The notes beneath the pieces were generated by a model. It saw only the letters and a list, made by a program, of their open reading frames with translations. It was not told the DNA's origin and searched no databases. A DNA stretch of 64,000 bases, taken from the human T2T-CHM13v2.0 reference genome, Homo sapiens. Below are positions 29,625-45,569 of the stretch, piece by piece. Numbering within the stretch: position 1 is the first letter of the stretch; each line of letters opens with the position of its first letter. Location: the NCBI RefSeq assembly GCF_009914755.1, contig NC_060940.1. One strand, 5' to 3'. The translations under genes were made by a program, and so were the position numbers.

Positions 29625-29911
29625 ATCCCCGCCCAGTGTTGACGTACAGCGGTGACAATCTGACCCCAAAGCCATTTTGTCCGTCTGGGGTGGGACAGCG
29701 ACTCCCAGGGCGGCCTCCTCGGGTCCCCTGGAGAACTTCACCCTACCCTCACACTTCCTCCCTGCGCCGATGACTCACTGCCATGTAACAAATGACACCA
29801 CAGCCAATGGCTGCGGCAGCAGCGGTTTTAGGAGAGCTCCTGAATTCGTGAGTCATCAGCTTGGGCAGGCCCCAGGGGGTGACGCTTCCTTCTTCGGGCC
29901 CTCAAGGGATG

Positions 29912-30775
29912 GGCAGTAAAAGGTTAAGCTGACCCACAGAAGGTCTGACCTTTGCCCTTGGCTCCTGGGGTGTCACCTCTAGGCCCTTGGAGAGTCCTCC
30001 CTGGTGTATCTTTGTTTAGCTGGGGCTTTGGCCACCCTGGACAGTCTATGCTAATGATGAGATTCATGGTGGGGCCTTGGACCACGTGGCATCAGCTCGA
30101 CCTGCAGAGGGGCTGGAGGTTAAGGTCAGTCACATGGTGTCAGCCGTGCCCACGTGACCAAGCCCCAACAAAGACTCTGGACACCGAGGCTGGGGGAGCG
30201 TCCCTGGTTGGTAATGCTCTGTGTGTGCCATCACACGCTGTTGTCATGAGGAGTTAATGCTGGCCACGACTCCATGGAGAGGGACAGCTGGAAGCCCTGT
30301 GCAAGAAACCCTCCTGGACCTGCACCATGTGTCCCTCTCCTTGACTGAGTTATTTTTATTTTATTTTTTGAGACAGGGTCTCAATCTATCTCCCAGGCTG
30401 GAATAGAGGGGTGCAATCACAACTTACTGCAGCCTTGACCTCCCAGGCTCAAGCAATCCTCCCACCTCAGCCTCCCAAGTAGCATGCCACCATGCCTGGC
30501 TAATTTTTTTACTTTTTTTTGTAAAGAGAGGCTCTCACTATGTTGCCCAGGCTGGTCTCAAGCAATCCTCCTGCCTCAGCCTCCCAAAGTGCTGGGATTG
30601 AGGGCATAGCCACCACGCCCAGCACTCTTGGCCAATTTAAATCTCATCCTGTAATAAACTGTAACTATGAGTAGGGCCATGTTTGGCTTTGATTTCTGTG
30701 AGCCCTTCTAGCAAATTATCAAACCTAAGGGTGGACTTGGGGACCCAAAAACTTTGTAGTTGGTATCAGAAGTGA
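29912..30775 (+). mobile_element. MER21-family LTR
   Basis: tgaccaagccccaacaaagactctggacacc...gtccctggttggtaatgctctg...gtaataaactgtaactatgagta...ctagcaaattatcaaacct. Confidence 0.75.
30350..30623 (-). mobile_element. AluJ within MER21
   Basis: gcagccttgacctcccaggctcaagcaatcctcccacc AluJ features, with internal deletions. Confidence 0.9.
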
Positions 30776-31264
30776 CTGTGGTCTGGGAGACTTCAGCTGG
30801 TGGGTGCATAGGCCTGGAGGGTCCAAGGTGGCTTTGTTCACATGTCTGGAGTCTGGACAGGTTAGCTGGAAGGCTGGGCTCATCTGGGATTTCAGCCACA
30901 ACACCTACATGTGGCCCCTTTGGAAGACACTATCAGACTAACTGGACTTCTTACACAGAGGCTGACTTAACCCTGAATAGGTGTCCAAAGGGGAGCCTTC
31001 CCAGAGGCAGAAGTGGAAGGGCCTGTCTCTTGAGGCCTGGCTTAGAATCTGGACAGCGTCACTCTGCCACATTCTGTTGGCCCAGCAGTCACGGAGCCCA
31101 TCCAGACCTGAGGGGAGAAGTGGGAAGAACTCGTAACCCTCCTTTCCCTGCCACACTCACTCCTCTTGCCCTGGGGTTTGCCGAGTCCTCTCATTTCCCA
31201 CCTGGGCTTTCTCCCCGCTTTCACTGACATGGACTTGGGACAGCCCCCACCCCATCCATGGCGT

Positions 31265-31728
31265 TATGCCAGGCCCCAAGCCTCAGATCATGGAAAGAGA
31301 CATGTTCACCTGGACCCTGTGAATGTGGCCTTATTTGGAAAAAGAGTCTTTGCAGATGTAATTCTGTTAAGGATTTTGAGATGAGGTCATGCTTTATTAT
31401 CCAGGGAGGCCTGAAACTCGATTGCCAGTGTCCTTTTAGGAGACAGGAGAGCAGAGACAGGTAGTTGCAGATGAGGGGTGGCAGGAAGACAGAGCTAAGA
31501 GTAAAGTGATCCATCTCCAAGCCAAGGAAGTCCTAGGATGGCCAGCAACACCAGAGGCTATAGAGACAACAGATTCTCCTTCTGACCTCACAAGAGGGCA
31601 CCAACCCTGACGACACCTGGATTGTAGGTTTCTGGCCTCCAAAACTTGGAGAGAAGAGTGCCTGTTTAAAGCCACCCTGCTTGCAGTCATTTGTTATCAT
31701 TTCTTATGGCAGCGCTAGGGCACTCACA
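31265..31728 (+). mobile_element. MaLR LTR (MLT1C-like)
   Basis: cctgtgaatgtggccttatttggaaaaagagtctttgcagatgtaat...gagatgaggtcat. Confidence 0.8.
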
Positions 31729-32151
31729 GGCCTTCTGCAGCACGCTTGGCTCTACCGTCTGAAGCCATCTACCAGGAGCCTGGGATCCCTTCCTGAGTCT
31801 TTGAATCAACTTCCATGCCTAATAAGGGCTCTGCCCAGGCCCTCTTGCCCTTGTCTGATGGTTTTACACTGTGGGGATACACTATGAAGAGCCAACATGT
31901 TGAAAACTCAACTCCCCATTGGGATTTGAGTCCTAAGTCCTTATCTCTTGCTAAGGAATGAACCCTAAGTCCATGAGAGGGTGGGAGGAGACAGAGATCT
32001 TGGAAGCCAGAGTTGCTTCATGAGCAGACCAAGGCCTATGGCAAACTCTCTCTAGAAGAAGCAAGTGTAAAACTGGACAAAATTGTTACGAACAACCATG
32101 TCAGCGTTCTGGAAATTAACCAAAGGCAGACAACAAACTGAGAAGCATCTA

Positions 32152-32470
<319 letters not shown>

Positions 32471-32918
32471 GAAAAACAGCTTCAGCTTTGGGTAAGAACA
32501 CTGGGAGTTGCTGCCTTCTTACCTGGATCCTCTCCCATCTCCCCACCCTTCTTGATCAGCAGAAAATACAGCTTTGCCAGCATGGAGTTGGCTTTGAAAA
32601 CCAGTGCCTGGGCCACCAGATGGAGCAGATTCAGAGATCAGGGGATAAAAATCCAAGGCTTGGTCAGCTAACAGGGGTGATCTGAAAACAGGCAGAGAAC
32701 GCTCACAGCTTTGGTGGCCAGAGGCTGAGGCCTCAGCTGGGCTGAGCAGCAAAGCAGTCAGAGGTCCATGAGAGAGGCATAGAAGATCGATAACAGATTG
32801 CCCCTGGTCCCTGGTTGTCTAGAAAACTGCTTCTGCCCAGGGGAAACCAAGGAGCCCACTGGGAAGTGAAAGCAAAGGAAGATCTGAAAATTGGAGGGCT
32901 TTAAACACACTCCCCAAC

Positions 32919-33209
32919 TGTATGAGTCCATTCTCACTCTGCTATAAAGAACTGCCCAAGCCTGGCTAATTTAGAAAGGAAAGAGGTCTAATTGATTCAC
33001 AATTCAGCATGGCTGGGGAGGCCTCAGGAAACTTATAATCATGGTGGAAGTTGAAGGGGAAGGAAGACATCTTCTTCACAAAACGGCAGGAAGGAGAAGG
33101 AACCCCATGGTTCAGTTACCTCCACCTGATCTCTCCCTTGACACATGGGGATTATGGGGATTACAATTCAAGATGAGATTTGGGGCAGGGACACAGCCAA
33201 ACCATATCA
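32919..33209 (-). mobile_element. THE1D/MSTA-like solo LTR with internal deletion
   Basis: tg...ca termini; gcatggctggggaggcctcaggaaacttataatcatgg; 5-bp TSD ccaac on both sides. Confidence 0.9.
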
Positions 33210-33495
33210 CCAACCTGTGGACAGATCTACTGCAGATAATGTAAGCCTTCAGGCTCAAGGTGTTTAAGCACGACATCAACCAAGTCATTGACTGAACACT
33301 AAGTTATGCAGAGACAAAGGAAAACACCAGGAAGCCAGGCTAAAAAATAAAAAATAAGAATCAAGCAAGACTGAGCAGAGACATAAGTGGCTGCACATTA
33401 CAGGGAGAGATGAACTTTGCAGTTTGAGTCAAGGAACATTACTTAAGAAAAAAAAAAGAAGAAAAAACAAAACAACTCTCAGAAATATGATTCAT

Positions 33496-33798
33496 GAGCC
33501 AGGCACAGTGACTCACACCTATAATTCCAGCACTTTGGGAGGCCCAGGTGGACAGATCACTTGAGGTCAGGAGTTCGAGACCAGACTGGCCAACATGGTG
33601 AAACCCTATCTCTACTAAAAGTACAAAAAAATTAGCCAGGCATGGTGGTACACACCTGTAGTCCCAGCTACTCAAAGGCTGAGACAAGAGAATTGCTTGA
33701 ACCTGGGAGGCAGAGGCTGCAGTGAGTTGAGATCATGCCACTGCACTCCAGCCTGGGCAATAGAGCAAAACTCCATCTCAAGGGAAAAAAAAAAAAAA
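33496..33798 (+). mobile_element. Alu (AluS)
   Basis: TSD agaaatatgatt. Confidence 0.95.
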
Positions 33799-33845
33799 GA
33801 AATATGATTTAGGACTCAGATTTGCTGGAATACATTACTTTAAAC

Positions 33846-34136
33846 GCCCAGCACTATGGAAAGGCCCCTGTAGCAAGAAACTGAGGCCTTTTGCCCACAG
33901 CCATGTGAGGGAGCCACCTTGGAAGCAGAGCTGCCAGTCCCGGTCAAGCCTTCAGATGAGACTGCGGCCCAACTGCCATCTTGTATTACAGCCTCATGAG
34001 AGACCACAGCCACCCAGTTGAGCTGCTCCTGAGTTCCCAACCTTCAGAAACTGTGTAAGATACTAAATGTTTATTGTTGTCTTAAGCAGCTAAATTTAAG
34101 AAAAAAATTTGTTTTACAGCAGCAGATAATTATACA
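33846..34136 (+). mobile_element. MLT1F-like LTR, 3' portion
   Basis: gtcaagccttcagatgagactgcggccc...cagcctcatgagagacc...cagaaactgtgtaagatactaaatg...cagcagataattataca. Confidence 0.8.
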
Positions 34137-34999
34137 TGTGGCTTCTTCAATGGTGGGGGAGGGAGCAGGAAGGGCTCTGTTTTCCCTTTGGTGCAGGAGC
34201 TATGGAAACTCTGTAGCAAATTTAAATTAGTTCCACAAACATGAGTTAGGCTCCTGGGCCCACAGAAGCAGTTTGTAAGTGAACATAATATTCTAAACAT
34301 TAAAAAAAAAAAAAAGTCACCCATTCTCAATGCATTTGCTCCTACGAGATTTGTTTTTTTCCTTTCTGCATAGAACAATAACGTCAGGATCCCTGATTCT
34401 CTTCCTATGGATGGGAACAGTGGGCTCTGGGTGTAAAGTGAGCTCAGCATTTATTCTTGTTCATCAGTGAAATGAGCACAGCCCAGCCCTGAGAGGATTC
34501 CATGCTTGGGTGGCAACAAGAAAATCAAATAAAACTGCACATATTCCAGGAGGAGCTGCCATTGAAAACGTGGTGCTAATTGGCTCCCTTGAGGGATCTT
34601 CCCAGGGGTGAACAGGGAGGAAGGGCGAGAGAATGCGGGCTCCACAAGGCAAACATTGAGAACATTCAACACCGTGAGGAGCCGAGAGCGATCCAAGCAG
34701 GGCGGTGGATGAATTAAGCTCAAGGCTGGGCAAGGAGGGGCCGCTGCCGGCAAGACTGGTGTGAGCACCACAGGAGGCCACCAGCACGGCGCCGTGCTCC
34801 AGAGGAGAACGTCGAGGCCAGAGCTCCATGCCCCATACTCCATCCCCCGTCTGACCATGAAACCCAAGGGACATTTGTTCCAGATATCAGAGGGCAGTCT
34901 TACCACAGGGATGGGGGATGAGCACCACCCTGCGTCTGATTTGTGGCAGTCATGAGGGTCACCATTGTCACCATCACCATCATCAGCCACGCACCCGCT

Positions 35000-35170
35000 G
35001 CAATCCTACAAGGCAGGTACTATTATTCTCCCCTCTTTACTAATGAGGAAACTGAGGGTCAGAGATGGTGATTCACTTGCCTAAGGTCACACAGCTTATA
35101 GGTCTGTTCAAAACAGTCTCCAAGCCCAGATCTGTTTGACTCCAAACCCCATGTCTTAGCTACTATCATA
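35000..35170 (-). mobile_element. MIR SINE
   Basis: aatgaggaaactgagggtcagagatggtgattcacttgcctaaggtcacacagc. Confidence 0.85.
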
Positions 35171-35818
35171 TACCTTGCATAACATTAGTGAATAATATGC
35201 CAGTAACAATTCCTTTTGTAATATTTCAATAGTACCACTGCCCAAAATTCTGAGGCATAGTTCTTAGTTGTTGGGTGTCATGTTACAGTCCATTTAAAAG
35301 TCTTTAGGAAAATAGAAAGTACTGGAGACTTCAGGGCTGCAAGGAAGAGACTATACGGGAGAGTTCTGTTTTCTTTCTTTCATTCTTTTTTTTTTTTTTT
35401 TTTTTTTTGTTAACATTACCTAATTCCACTTAAGGGGAACAGTTTGATTTGAAAGGGAAAGGAGCAGACAGAGACCACAACTTGTCGAGGATAATTTTTT
35501 TATGGTTCCCCTCCAAAGTAGTAGTTCATCCGTGGTTCTTACTTGATGTCTTTCATCTTCAGTAGATTTTTTTGAATAGGTAAGACGTTTACATGACTCA
35601 AAACGCAAAAGGAACCAGAGCATCCAGTAGAAACCCCCTGCCCACCATTTCCCTGTCACCCAGCTAGTTCCTCCGTGTCTCCTCCCAGAAACGTTTTTGG
35701 TAAATTCCTTTTCACCAGATTGCAGCAGGTCATCTACTCTTCTACAGGCTGATTTGTTCACATCACAACATACCTTAAATGAGTAAAGTGCATAATGCTG
35801 TTGCTAGCACCCAGTGGG

Positions 35819-36515
<697 letters not shown>

Positions 36516-36649
36516 TTTACAGATTTCCAGGGGGAAAGTGCCGTGCCATGCCGTGCGTGTGCCGGGTGGATCGGCTTTGTTTCTCCAGCTCCCACTCCTT
36601 GGCGCATATTCTCTCCTCTGGGCCCTCGGCGACCCCGCTTTTCTGCACA

Positions 36650-37070
36650 CATTCCCTGTGGCTGCCGTCACAAACCACTGACTCTGCACCTTAACATAAC
36701 ACACTTGTCCTCCCACCCTTCTAGAGACCAGAAGTCCAAAACGAGCCTCACTGGGCTAAATCAAGGCATGGGCAGGGCTGGCTCCTTCTACGGGCTCCAG
36801 GGAGAATCCCTTTCCGCATCTCTCTGGGCTTCTAGCACCCGCCACACTCCTTGGCTCGTGGCCACTTCACTCCAGTCCCTGCTCAGCCGTGCGTGGCCTC
36901 TTCTCTTCCGTTTAGAATCTCCCTCTCCCTCCCTCTAATAAGAAAGCTTGTGGCTTCATTTAGGGTCCACCTAGAAAAATCTCTTCCCCTCAAGAACCCT
37001 AAGCACCTCGCCAAGGCCCTCTTGTCCTGGAAATAGCATGCACAGTGTGGGGGCTGGGACCTCTCTGGGG
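36650..37070 (-). mobile_element. MaLR LTR (MLT1C/D-like)
   Basis: ggctgccgtcacaaaccac...ccagaagtccaaaacgagcctcactgggctaaatcaagg. Confidence 0.7.
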
Positions 37071-38921
37071 AGCCCTCTCGCACTCTCCTTCACCCTGAGC
37101 TTCAGCAAGCTCTTCCAGAGAAAGGAGCTCATCAAGTCACTCTCACTGGGCTTAAAATAAAACCCCTAGGCTGGGATCTGTGCCGTCATTAAGAGGCTCC
37201 AACTTTTGGTCCTTGGAGAAGACTGAAGTTTGGTCAAGGTGCAGTTTGGCCGTTGACAATGGAGCAGAGACTGTGCCTCTCTCAGCCACACCAGGGAGGT
37301 GACTGCTTGACATCAACCCTAGGGAAGCTGTGGTGGGACAGACTCTGTCTCTTGAAGGAAAGCCTCTGGGCAATTTGGAACCCAGGCCTTCCGAAACCCC
37401 ATGCATGCCCTGGGTCATTCCGCGGGCTCTCCCGGCACAGCCCTTGCTTTCTAAAGGCGGGAAACTGGGCCTCAGAAAATCTAAGCCCTTTGCCCTCCTG
37501 GATCTCCCTTGGGAGCCTTGAGGGTGGAAGGCAGAGGGGGCGAAGAAGGAGAGGTTTCCACGGCCTGGTGGAGCCTGAGACCCTGAAAATGAAAGGGACC
37601 AGGACCCCTTTCCAGGAGGAAGCCCAGGTTATTTAGAGCCCTTCATCGCCCTCACGCAGCCCTGCTCCTGCAGTGCCCAGTGGGAAGGCGCTGCTCTCAC
37701 CAAGCAGGGGCCACCAGGACACAGGTTGAGTGGGGAGGACAAGGTACCCCCCAGACCCCACTGGGGATGTCTGTTCCTTGTCAGTGCAACACGGAGGGAT
37801 CAGACCCTCTAGGGAACCAGCCCTGGGGTGAACCACAGCGACCTCTTTGGTCAGGGCCACCGGAGAGGATGGCAGGGCCTGACCTGGCACCTGGGGGCTC
37901 TGCATGGGAAGCTGTCTCTCCCAGACTCCAGGGTCCCAGTCTCCTGGGGGACCAGGGGTCAGGAGGCCACCTCTGGGAGCCTGCCTCAATTTACCTTTCC
38001 AGTCTATGTCCTTTATTGGGATATCCAGGAGCAATTGTTCAGGCACTTCAAGCCCAAATTCTACTTGAACCTGAATTCTGTTTGAATTCAGGTGCTACTT
38101 GAGACGCAAGGTTGGGGCCTGGAGCTGCCCTCCCTGGGGAGGGGCAGAGTGTGGCTAGCCCTGCGGGAATTGTTTTTCCGAGACTGGAGTGTGACTGGCT
38201 GACGGGTGTGGACAGTCATTTGGGAATTTACCTCCAACCCTCCACTTTGCCTTGGGTTTGTAGACAGGGTGAGCCGTCAAGAATGTAACTTGGCATAGAC
38301 CCTGAAGCTGGGGCAGAGGACAATGGATGCTTCCAGCATCATGGCTGCCCTCCCGTCCATGGCACAGAACACATTTCTCCTCAGAGGTCGCTCCTGGTCT
38401 CATCCTCGGGTGGTAGCACTCACAGCATTATAACCACGTCTCTCCAGCCATCCAGGGAAAACGCCAAAGATGTTACACGATATGGCAGTTTTCCAGGTGG
38501 GAAAATCAACCAACCGCCTTAGACAACAATCGTACCTCTGAGCCTCGGGGTCTGAATTCCCATCATGGAAAGTCGAGCAAGACTCGATTCATGAAGTTTT
38601 GGCCTCCCAAGTGCCCAGTCCCTCGAGATGCTTAAAGTGCTGTCACCATGTCCTCAGCTTCCTGAGACATTATCTGCTGGCACCACTGGGCAGGATACGC
38701 AATTGACAGAAGAGCGTGGGCAGCAACTCCAAGGATGGACTCTCATGTGTCTCTGCTTGAAATACAAGCAAAAAAAGGGATAAATGTCTACAAAATCAAT
38801 TTCAGAAAACTCAGGGAGAGCATCGCCAAGTTTTATGAGAGAAAGTGGCTCATCTCAGGCTCATATTTCACCAAGAATAGAACTTAAACCTAATCAAAAT
38901 AGGAATTCAGATTCAATTTAT

Positions 38922-39218
38922 GGCCAGGCACAGGGACTCACCCCTGTAATCCCAGTGCTTTGGGAGGTTGAGGTGGGAGAATTGCTTGAGCTCCAGAGTT
39001 CCAGACTGCCCTGGCCAACAAAGTCAGACTCCACCTCTGCCAAAAATTTTTAAAAATTAGCCAGGTGTGGTGGTGTATGCCTGTAATCCCAGCTACTTGG
39101 GAGGCTGAGGTGGGAGGATCACTTGAGCCAGGAGTTCAAGGCTGCAGTGAGCTATAATCACACCACTGCACTCCAGCCACCATGACAGAGGGAGACCATG
39201 TCTGTGAAAAAAAAAAAA
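38922..39218 (+). mobile_element. AluJ
   Basis: ggaggatcacttgagccaggagttcaaggctgcagtgagctat. Confidence 0.9.
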
Positions 39219-39625
39219 ATTAATTTATTTCTAGGGCTTAAGTAACGAGACGTCTTGAGACCAGGAAGAAAATGCTTCTCTAGATTCTTATATTAGGGAA
39301 ACAAGAGCATTCAGGATTTGGCATACGGGAATGCTCAGAAAAAAAATAAAAATAAAACAAAAAGCAGGCTGTTCAGAAAGACCAATAAAATAGACAAAAC
39401 TCTTGGCAAGTATAATCAATTTCTCTTACAATGGAATATTATTCAGCCCTAAAAAGAAAGGAGCCCCTGATGGTGGATGAACCTTGAGGACATTGTGCTC
39501 TTTAAAATAAGCCAAAAGGGCAAAAGGCCTGTAATCCTAGTGCTTTGAGAGGATGAGGCAGGAGAATCCTTGAGCCCCGGAGTTCCAGACCACCCTGGCC
39601 AAGATAGTAAGACTCCATCTCTGCC

Positions 39626-40065
39626 AAACCAACCCAAATGCCCATCAATGATAGACTGGATAAAGAAAATGTGACACATATACACCATGGAATACTATGC
39701 AGCCATAAAAAATAATTAGTTCATGTCCTTTGCAGGGCATGGATGAAGCTGGAAACCATCATCCTCAGCAAACTATCACAAGAACAGAAAACCAAACACC
39801 ACGTGTTCTCACTCATAATTGGGAGTTGAACGATGAGAACACATGGACACAGGGAGGGAAACATCACACACTGGGGCCTGTCGGGGAGTCAGGGGGCAAG
39901 AGGAAGGAGGGCATTAGGACAAATAGCTAATGCATGCGGGGCTTAAAACCTAGAATGACGGGTTGATAGGTGCAGCAAACCACCATGGCACATGTATACC
40001 TATGTAACAAACCTGCACGTTCAGCACATGCATCCCAGAACTTAAAGTAAAATTTAAAAATATTA
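39626..40065 (+). mobile_element. L1PA (about PA8-10) 3' end inserted into an AluJ
   Basis: aacccaaatgcccatcaatgatagactggataaagaaaatg ... aacaaacctgcacgtt...cccagaacttaaagtaaaa; Alu pieces at about 39526-39625 and 40075-40112. Confidence 0.9.
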
Positions 40066-40112
40066 ATAAAATCTTAGCCGGGTGTGTTGGTGCACACCTG
40101 TAGTCCCAGCTA

Positions 40113-40450
40113 TATGTAAGTTCCACTTATATGAAGAACCTAGAGTCATTAAAATCACAGAAACAAAAAGAAGCACGGTGGGTGCCCAGGGTCAGTGGGA
40201 GGGACGATGGAAAATGGGGAGTTAATGTGGGGGACAGCCTTACTGTCTGGGAGATGAGAAGGCTATGGAGATGGGTGGTGTTGATGGCTGCACAGCGTTA
40301 CTGTCTGGGAGGTGAGAAGGCTACGGAGATGGGTGGTGTTGATGGTTGCACAGCAATGTGAATGTGCTTCATGTCTTTGAACTAAACTCTTAAAAACAGT
40401 TACAACAGTCAATTGTATGTTATGCATATTTTACCACAATGTTTTTTAAA
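40113..40450 (+). mobile_element. L1MB-like 3' end (host; 5' part at about 39415-39525)
   Basis: ttccacttatatgaag...ggagatgggtggtgttgatggttgcacagcaatgtgaatgtg...gttatgcatattttaccacaat. Confidence 0.75.
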
Positions 40451-40675
40451 AGACTGTTTTGGGCAGAGGAACCTCCAGGACCTCTCTTCAAGTGCACCAG
40501 AAACCAACCAGGGCCAGGAACCAGCAGGCAGTGAGCCCAGACATGCAGCACAGTGGGCAGAGGCTGCTTCTGGAACCAGACACCTGGGCCCACAGCTCAC
40601 CTCTGCCACCAACCAGCTGGGTGACCTCGGGCAGGTTCCTCGGTCTCTCTGAGTCTCAGATCACCCCGTGTATAA

Positions 40676-41850
<1,175 letters not shown>

Positions 41851-42109
41851 GGAAAAGCTATAGTAACCAAAACAGCATGGCCCTGGCACAAAAACAGACA
41901 CATAGACCAATGGAACTGACTAGGGAACCCAGAAACAAATCCACACACCTACAGTGAACTCATTTTTGACAAAGGTGCCAAGAACATACACTGGGGAAGG
42001 GACAGTCTCTTCAATAAATAGTTCTAGAAAACTGGCTATGCATATGCAGAAGAGTGAAACTAGACCCCTAGCTTTCGCCACATACAAACATCAAATCAAA
42101 ATGGATTAA

Positions 42110-42573
<464 letters not shown>

Positions 42574-43244
42574 CACCTCAAGTTAAAAAGCTTCTGCACA
42601 GCAAAGGAAACAATCAACAAAGTGATGAGACAACCCACAGAATGGGAGGAAATATTTTCAAACTACTCCTCTGACAAGGGATTAATAACCAGAATGTATA
42701 AGGAGCTCAATCAACTCTACAGGAAAAAAACCTAATCATCCGATCAAAAAATGGGCAAAAGATATGAGCACACATTTCTCAAAAGAAGATATACAAATGG
42801 CAAACAGGCATCTGAAAAGGAGCTCAACATCCCTGATCATCAGAGAAGTGCCAATCAAAACGACAATGAGATGTCATCTCACCCCCATTAAAGTGGCTTT
42901 TATCCAAAAGACGGGTAATAATGAATGCTGGTGAGGATGTGGAGAAAAGGGAACCCTGGTACACTGTTGAGGGGAATGTAAGTTAGAACAACCACTATGG
43001 AAAACACTTTGGAGGTTCCTCAAAACACTAAAACTCGAGCTACCATATGACCCAGCCATCCCTTTGCTGGCTAGATACCCAATATATTGAAGAGATATCC
43101 ACAGCCCCATGTTTATTGCAGCACTGTTCATAACACCCAAGATTTGGAAGCAACCTAAGTGTCCACCAACAGGTTAATGGATAAATAAAATGTGGTGTGT
43201 ACACACAACGGAGTATTATTCAGCCATAAAAAAGAACAAGAGCT

Positions 43245-43552
<308 letters not shown>

Positions 43553-43883
43553 AAAAGAACAAGATTCTGTCATTTACAACAACATGGATGGAACTAGAGG
43601 TCATCATGTTAAGTGAAATAAGCCAGGCACAGAAAGACAAACATCGCATGTTCTCATTTATTTTTGGTACCTAAAAATCAAAACAATTGAACTCATGGAC
43701 ATACAGAGTAGAAGGATGGCTACCAGAGGCTGGGAGGGGAGTGGGAGGCAGCTGGGTCAGCAGGGCAATGGTCTCGTGGGAGTACAAAAAAATAGTTAGA
43801 CTGATTAAGACCTACTATTTGATAGTATATCAGGGTGACTATAGTCAATAATAACCTAATTGTACATTTTAAAATAACTGAGA

Positions 43884-44186
<303 letters not shown>

Positions 44187-44482
44187 AAAAGAACTAAGAG
44201 TGTAATTGAATTGTTTGTAACACAAAGGATAAAAGTTTGAGAGGACGGACACCCCATTCTCCATGATGTGATTACAATGCACTGCATGCCTGTACCAAAA
44301 CATCTCACATACCCCACAAGTACATATACCTACTATGTACCCACAAAAAATACAACAATAAAAATAAAAAATAAAAAGAACAAAAGAGGATAAAACTACC
44401 CACTTCATAGGATAAATTGTTCCCTCCAGATTGATAAGTTGGCTGTCACACGGAGAAGGAGAAGGAGAAGGAGACAGGAGCC

Positions 44483-44592
44483 TTTTTTTTTTTTTTTTAG
44501 ATGAGGGTCTTGCTGTTTTGCCCAGGCTGGGCTTGAACTCGGAGATCCTCCCCACTCAGCCTCCCAGGCAGCTGGGACTACAGGTGCACACA
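44483..44592 (-). mobile_element. FLAM-like Alu monomer
   Basis: Poly-T, gagggtcttgctgttttgcccaggctgg...gctgggactacaggtg. Confidence 0.75.
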
Positions 44593-45569
44593 CTGCACAC
44601 ACACACCCCGCCTCTGCCCCTGTCCCTCTTATTAATGGACTCCTCCTGCCCCTGTCCCTCTTCTTAATGGACTCCTCTCCTTTCTTGACCTCAGGCTCAC
44701 CATGGCTACATTTCTGTGTTTGCTCCCGTTCCTCGCAGCCTGTTGATGTGAGCTCAGAGCTTCTCTTTTGCTGAAGCAGCTGAAAGAGCCACGTTTCCTT
44801 TGACTCTCAAGATTGGCAAACAAAGCCAGTCTGGCCTCGGGAGCCGCTCAGAGCCGGTCATGAGCAGGAAGGACTCTTCCAGAAGCATGCATTCTGCCGC
44901 CACCCTGGCTGCTGAGCACAGCAAATCCCTTGGCGACACAGGGTCACTCTCATTCCCGCTCACCACAGACTCTAGGAACACACAGATCCGTGTGGCGGCA
45001 GAGGCCCTTCTGGGGTGTTGTCTGCCAGTCCCACGCAAACCCCACGGCCCCAGGGGCACTGGGCGGAGCTGCCCAGCCAGACGCCCTCTCTGGGATTGCT
45101 CGTCATTCCTGCAGGGAGCTCTTCCCTCTTTCCGGCTTGTCCTGGACCTTCTGCTGCTCAGGTGCTGGAATGCAGAAGGAACAGAGCTTGACCCGTGGCC
45201 CAGATCACACCGCAAAGTCCCTAGGGATATGTCCAGCAGAGCCGCGACGTCGGGCCCAGGAGATGGGGTTCTGGGAGGAAGAGAGAGCTATGACACTGTC
45301 TTTCTTGCCTCTGAACCCACTCACTTACCTCCCCGTCTCTGAGGGAATGACAGCTCTCATTACACTGAGGCTACCCTGGCGTCTGGCCCCGGAGGCCCCA
45401 TGCTTCTCCCCTCTCTGGGCTGAGCCTAAATTGCAGGTTGGGTAAGTAACTGTCATGGGGGCCTGCCCCAAAGCTGGCCAGTCTCAGCAGCATCGCGTTG
45501 CCCTCAGCTAAATCCACTGCCCCAGAGGGAGGGAGTGTGGAGAAGAGTCTTAGGAGAAAGAGCTGACTC

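Larger units (their letters stand above)
29775..31120 (-). mobile_element. MLT1-type LTR interrupted by MER21
   Basis: tgccatgtaacaaatgacacc... upstream; ggtccaaggtggctttgttcacatgtctgg...tcactctgccacattctgttggcc downstream. Confidence 0.55.

Noticed and set aside
44800-45445. 180-aa and 171-aa overlapping ORFs
   Set aside because: Non-ATG starts and no domain similarity; kept only as a possible non-coding exon
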